From: Eutreptiella sp. 'Long Island Sound 2002'
Taxonomy: Eukaryota > Protista > Euglenida
Assembly (NCBI GenBank): GCA_964036045.1
Contig: OZ038378.1
Coordinates: forward strand, 15,996,001-16,060,000
Direction of reading: 5' to 3'
Length of the DNA: 64,000 bases
Below, piece after piece: positions 62,043-64,000 of the stretch. The position numbers were made by a program, and so were the translations under genes. How positions within the stretch are numbered: position 1 is the stretch's first letter; the number at the start of each line of letters is the position of its first letter. The notes beneath the pieces are model-generated. The model did not search any database, had not been told where the DNA came from, and saw only the letters and a list, made by a program, of their open reading frames with translations.

Positions 62043-63752
62043 GTGTGTTTTGCTTGTGCATGCTTGCTTGCGTATAACAATTAATATTTCCGTCGCTCCG
62101 TTTAATATTTCGAGATTAATATTAATAGGCGCGGTCATTAATATTTAATATATTAATTAATTTTTCGCTAGATAATATTAATTTCAAGAAATTAAGTCGG
62201 GGGCACAAAAATTAATTTTTTTCATTTTTTTTTCATCCTCTCGCTCTCTTAGATGCAACAAGTGGAGCAACGACTGGCTGCAGCTCAACCAGCAGCAGCA
62301 GCAGCTCCAGCACCAGCACAAGCACCAGCACAAGCACCTCCTCCTCCTCCCGCCGCCCATCCGCCAACCGAGGAGTCAAGCGAAGACTCCTCGGATAGGC
62401 GGCGGAGGGAGAAGAAGGAGAAGAAGAAGAAAAAGAAGGAGAAAAGGGAGAGGAGAGACAGGGAGAGGAGCCAGGGGCAAGGGGGGGGGGGGGTAGAGGC
62501 CAGCCTGGGGGGGGGGGTCAAGGCCGAGGGGGAGGAGGAAGTGGTGGTGGACGAGGGGGACGGGGACGGGGAAGTTCAGGAGGTTGACCCCCCCAATGAC
62601 CCCCCCCCTCCCCCAGTGGCTTCTCAAAGCCCTGGGCCCCCAATCGGCCACCGCCAGAAAGGCGGGGCCGATCCCCTGGTCAGCCCAGGCGCTGCAGGAG
62701 GGGTGCGCCGGGGATCAACCCGTTTTTTCCTCCCCCCCCCATAGCCACATGACGGTCATGTGGATTTTTCGGCGGTTGATCCGGTGCTTGATCCGCCGGA
62801 ACGAGGGGAAACACGGGGGGACCTGGGGTAAGGATGCCTCCAGGGGGGGGGTCTGGGTCTGGAAACCCCACCTTGGTGCCCCCCTTGCCCCCATGCCGGA
62901 GGCAATCAGCGCGGGTGCCCTGCCCGCGCTGAATTTGCTTTACGACCCCCGCGGCGTCCGTTTCGGGACACCGCATTGGCTGGTGCTGCTGCAGCACTGA
63001 GCCCAGCTGGGCTGGGTGCGGCAGTGGCGCCAGGGCAAGGCGGTGGCCTTCGGGGTGGACTGGGCCACTGTGCTGGCCCAGCCCCGCCCCATCTACGACC
63101 CGGGGTGCCAGCCCTCGTACGAGGGCTTGGTGCCTCAGTCCCGCGCCGCCAAGGCGGCGACCACGGCCGCGACCGCGGCCAAACCGGGGGCCCAGGCGGC
63201 CCCGATGGCCAGCACGGCAGCCCCTGTAGCCCCTGTGGAGGCCCCCAGTGCTGCCGCGCTCTTCCGGGAGGCCATGGGGACAGTTCAGGCCGGCGGAGTG
63301 AACGGGAGTTTTGAGGTATGTGTTTTGCGTGCGTGCTTTAATTTTTAGGACGTCACGTTTAATTTCTCGAGATTAATATTTAATTTTTGCGTCGGCGGTC
63401 CAAATATTAAAAGTTAAGAGTTAATATCAAAGTCGAAAAATTAAAAATGTCGCCGGAAAAATTAATTTTTTTTTTCATTTTTTTTCAGGTTATTGACGTC
63501 GTGGTCAACGCGACGAATGCCAGGCCCATCCGGGTGGCCTGGCGAGACGCTGAAGGATCCCAAGAAGTACCCTTGGGGTCCCTCGGCTGCATCGTGGCCC
63601 GAGATCCACCCTTGGGCCTTGCTCTCTTGCGAGGTCTCCACGATTGGGAGACTTCGCGCGTGGTGAGCGGCATATGGGTGTCGCCGCGCCACTTCCGGCC
63701 CGCGGAGTGGGCTCGGATGCAGGAGGTGGGGTACGCGGGGGGGGGAGGATGA
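61980..63752 (+). pseudogene. Transposon accessory gene (exons 61980-62042, 62253-63315, 63489-63752 or beyond); unknown function
   Basis: MDASAMQKMLADMLKANNEAL|MQQVEQRL... with phase-0 GT-AG introns at 62043-62252 and 63316-63488. One frameshift in G/C runs and an in-frame TGA at 62998-63000 (probably ex-TGG). Confidence 0.65.
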
Positions 63753-64000
63753 GGAGATGTGGGGGAACATGGGTGGGGGCGGGGTGAGCGAGGGGGAGGG
63801 GGGGGAGGAAGGGGGGGGGGAGGCGTCCACCACCACCGCCCCAAACCCCCCCCCCCCAAGCGAAGCCCAACCCCCCCCAACCCGCCAAACCAAAACGAAA
63901 GTTTTCTTTCGAGTCGTCCGACGAAAGCGACGACGGGGCGATCCCCCGACCCAAAAGGCCAAAACCCCCCCCACCACCACCACCGCACGGCCTACGAAGG

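Larger units (their letters stand above)
59752..64000 (+). mobile_element. Two-gene DNA transposon of the RAG1/Transib/Chapaev-like DDE class (right end outside the window)
   Basis: AT-rich terminal region, spliced transposase frame and spliced accessory frame; lies within an intron of the Dispatched-like gene in antisense orientation. Confidence 0.8.

Noticed and set aside
22216-63000. In-frame TAG (22216) and TGA (62998) as signs of an alternative genetic code or readthrough
   Set aside because: The host genes end normally on TAG (27950) and TGA (45457) and have no internal stops. Isolated stops in transposon ORFs are better explained by point mutation.

Overview
Repeat-rich eukaryotic genomic DNA with long GT-AG introns. 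A euglenozoan/euglenid-like protist is my inference and cannot be proven from this window. There are two convergent host genes. (1) On +, a PPEF/rdgC-type Ser/Thr phosphatase with a long EF-hand tail: 9 exons at 9065-27952, first exon not found. All PPP motifs are intact, but an apparent 20-nt deletion frameshifts exon 2. (2) On -, the C-terminal ~860 aa of a Dispatched/Patched-family (RND) membrane protein: 5 exons at 45455-59481, with the 5' part outside the window. Its second luminal loop is filled with Cys-rich, EGF-like and lectin-like modules. Introns and the intergenic region are packed with transposon debris: two hAT non-autonomous elements with TIRs, gag-like and RNase H retroelement pieces, and dispersed and fold-back repeats. 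The most unusual object is at 59752-64000. It is a two-gene DNA transposon encoding a RAG1/Transib/Chapaev-like DDE transposase that appears to lack the zinc ligands, plus an overlapping accessory gene. Its three short AT-rich introns share a palindromic motif with the element's own subterminal region. No rRNA, tRNA or CRISPR array could be supported.
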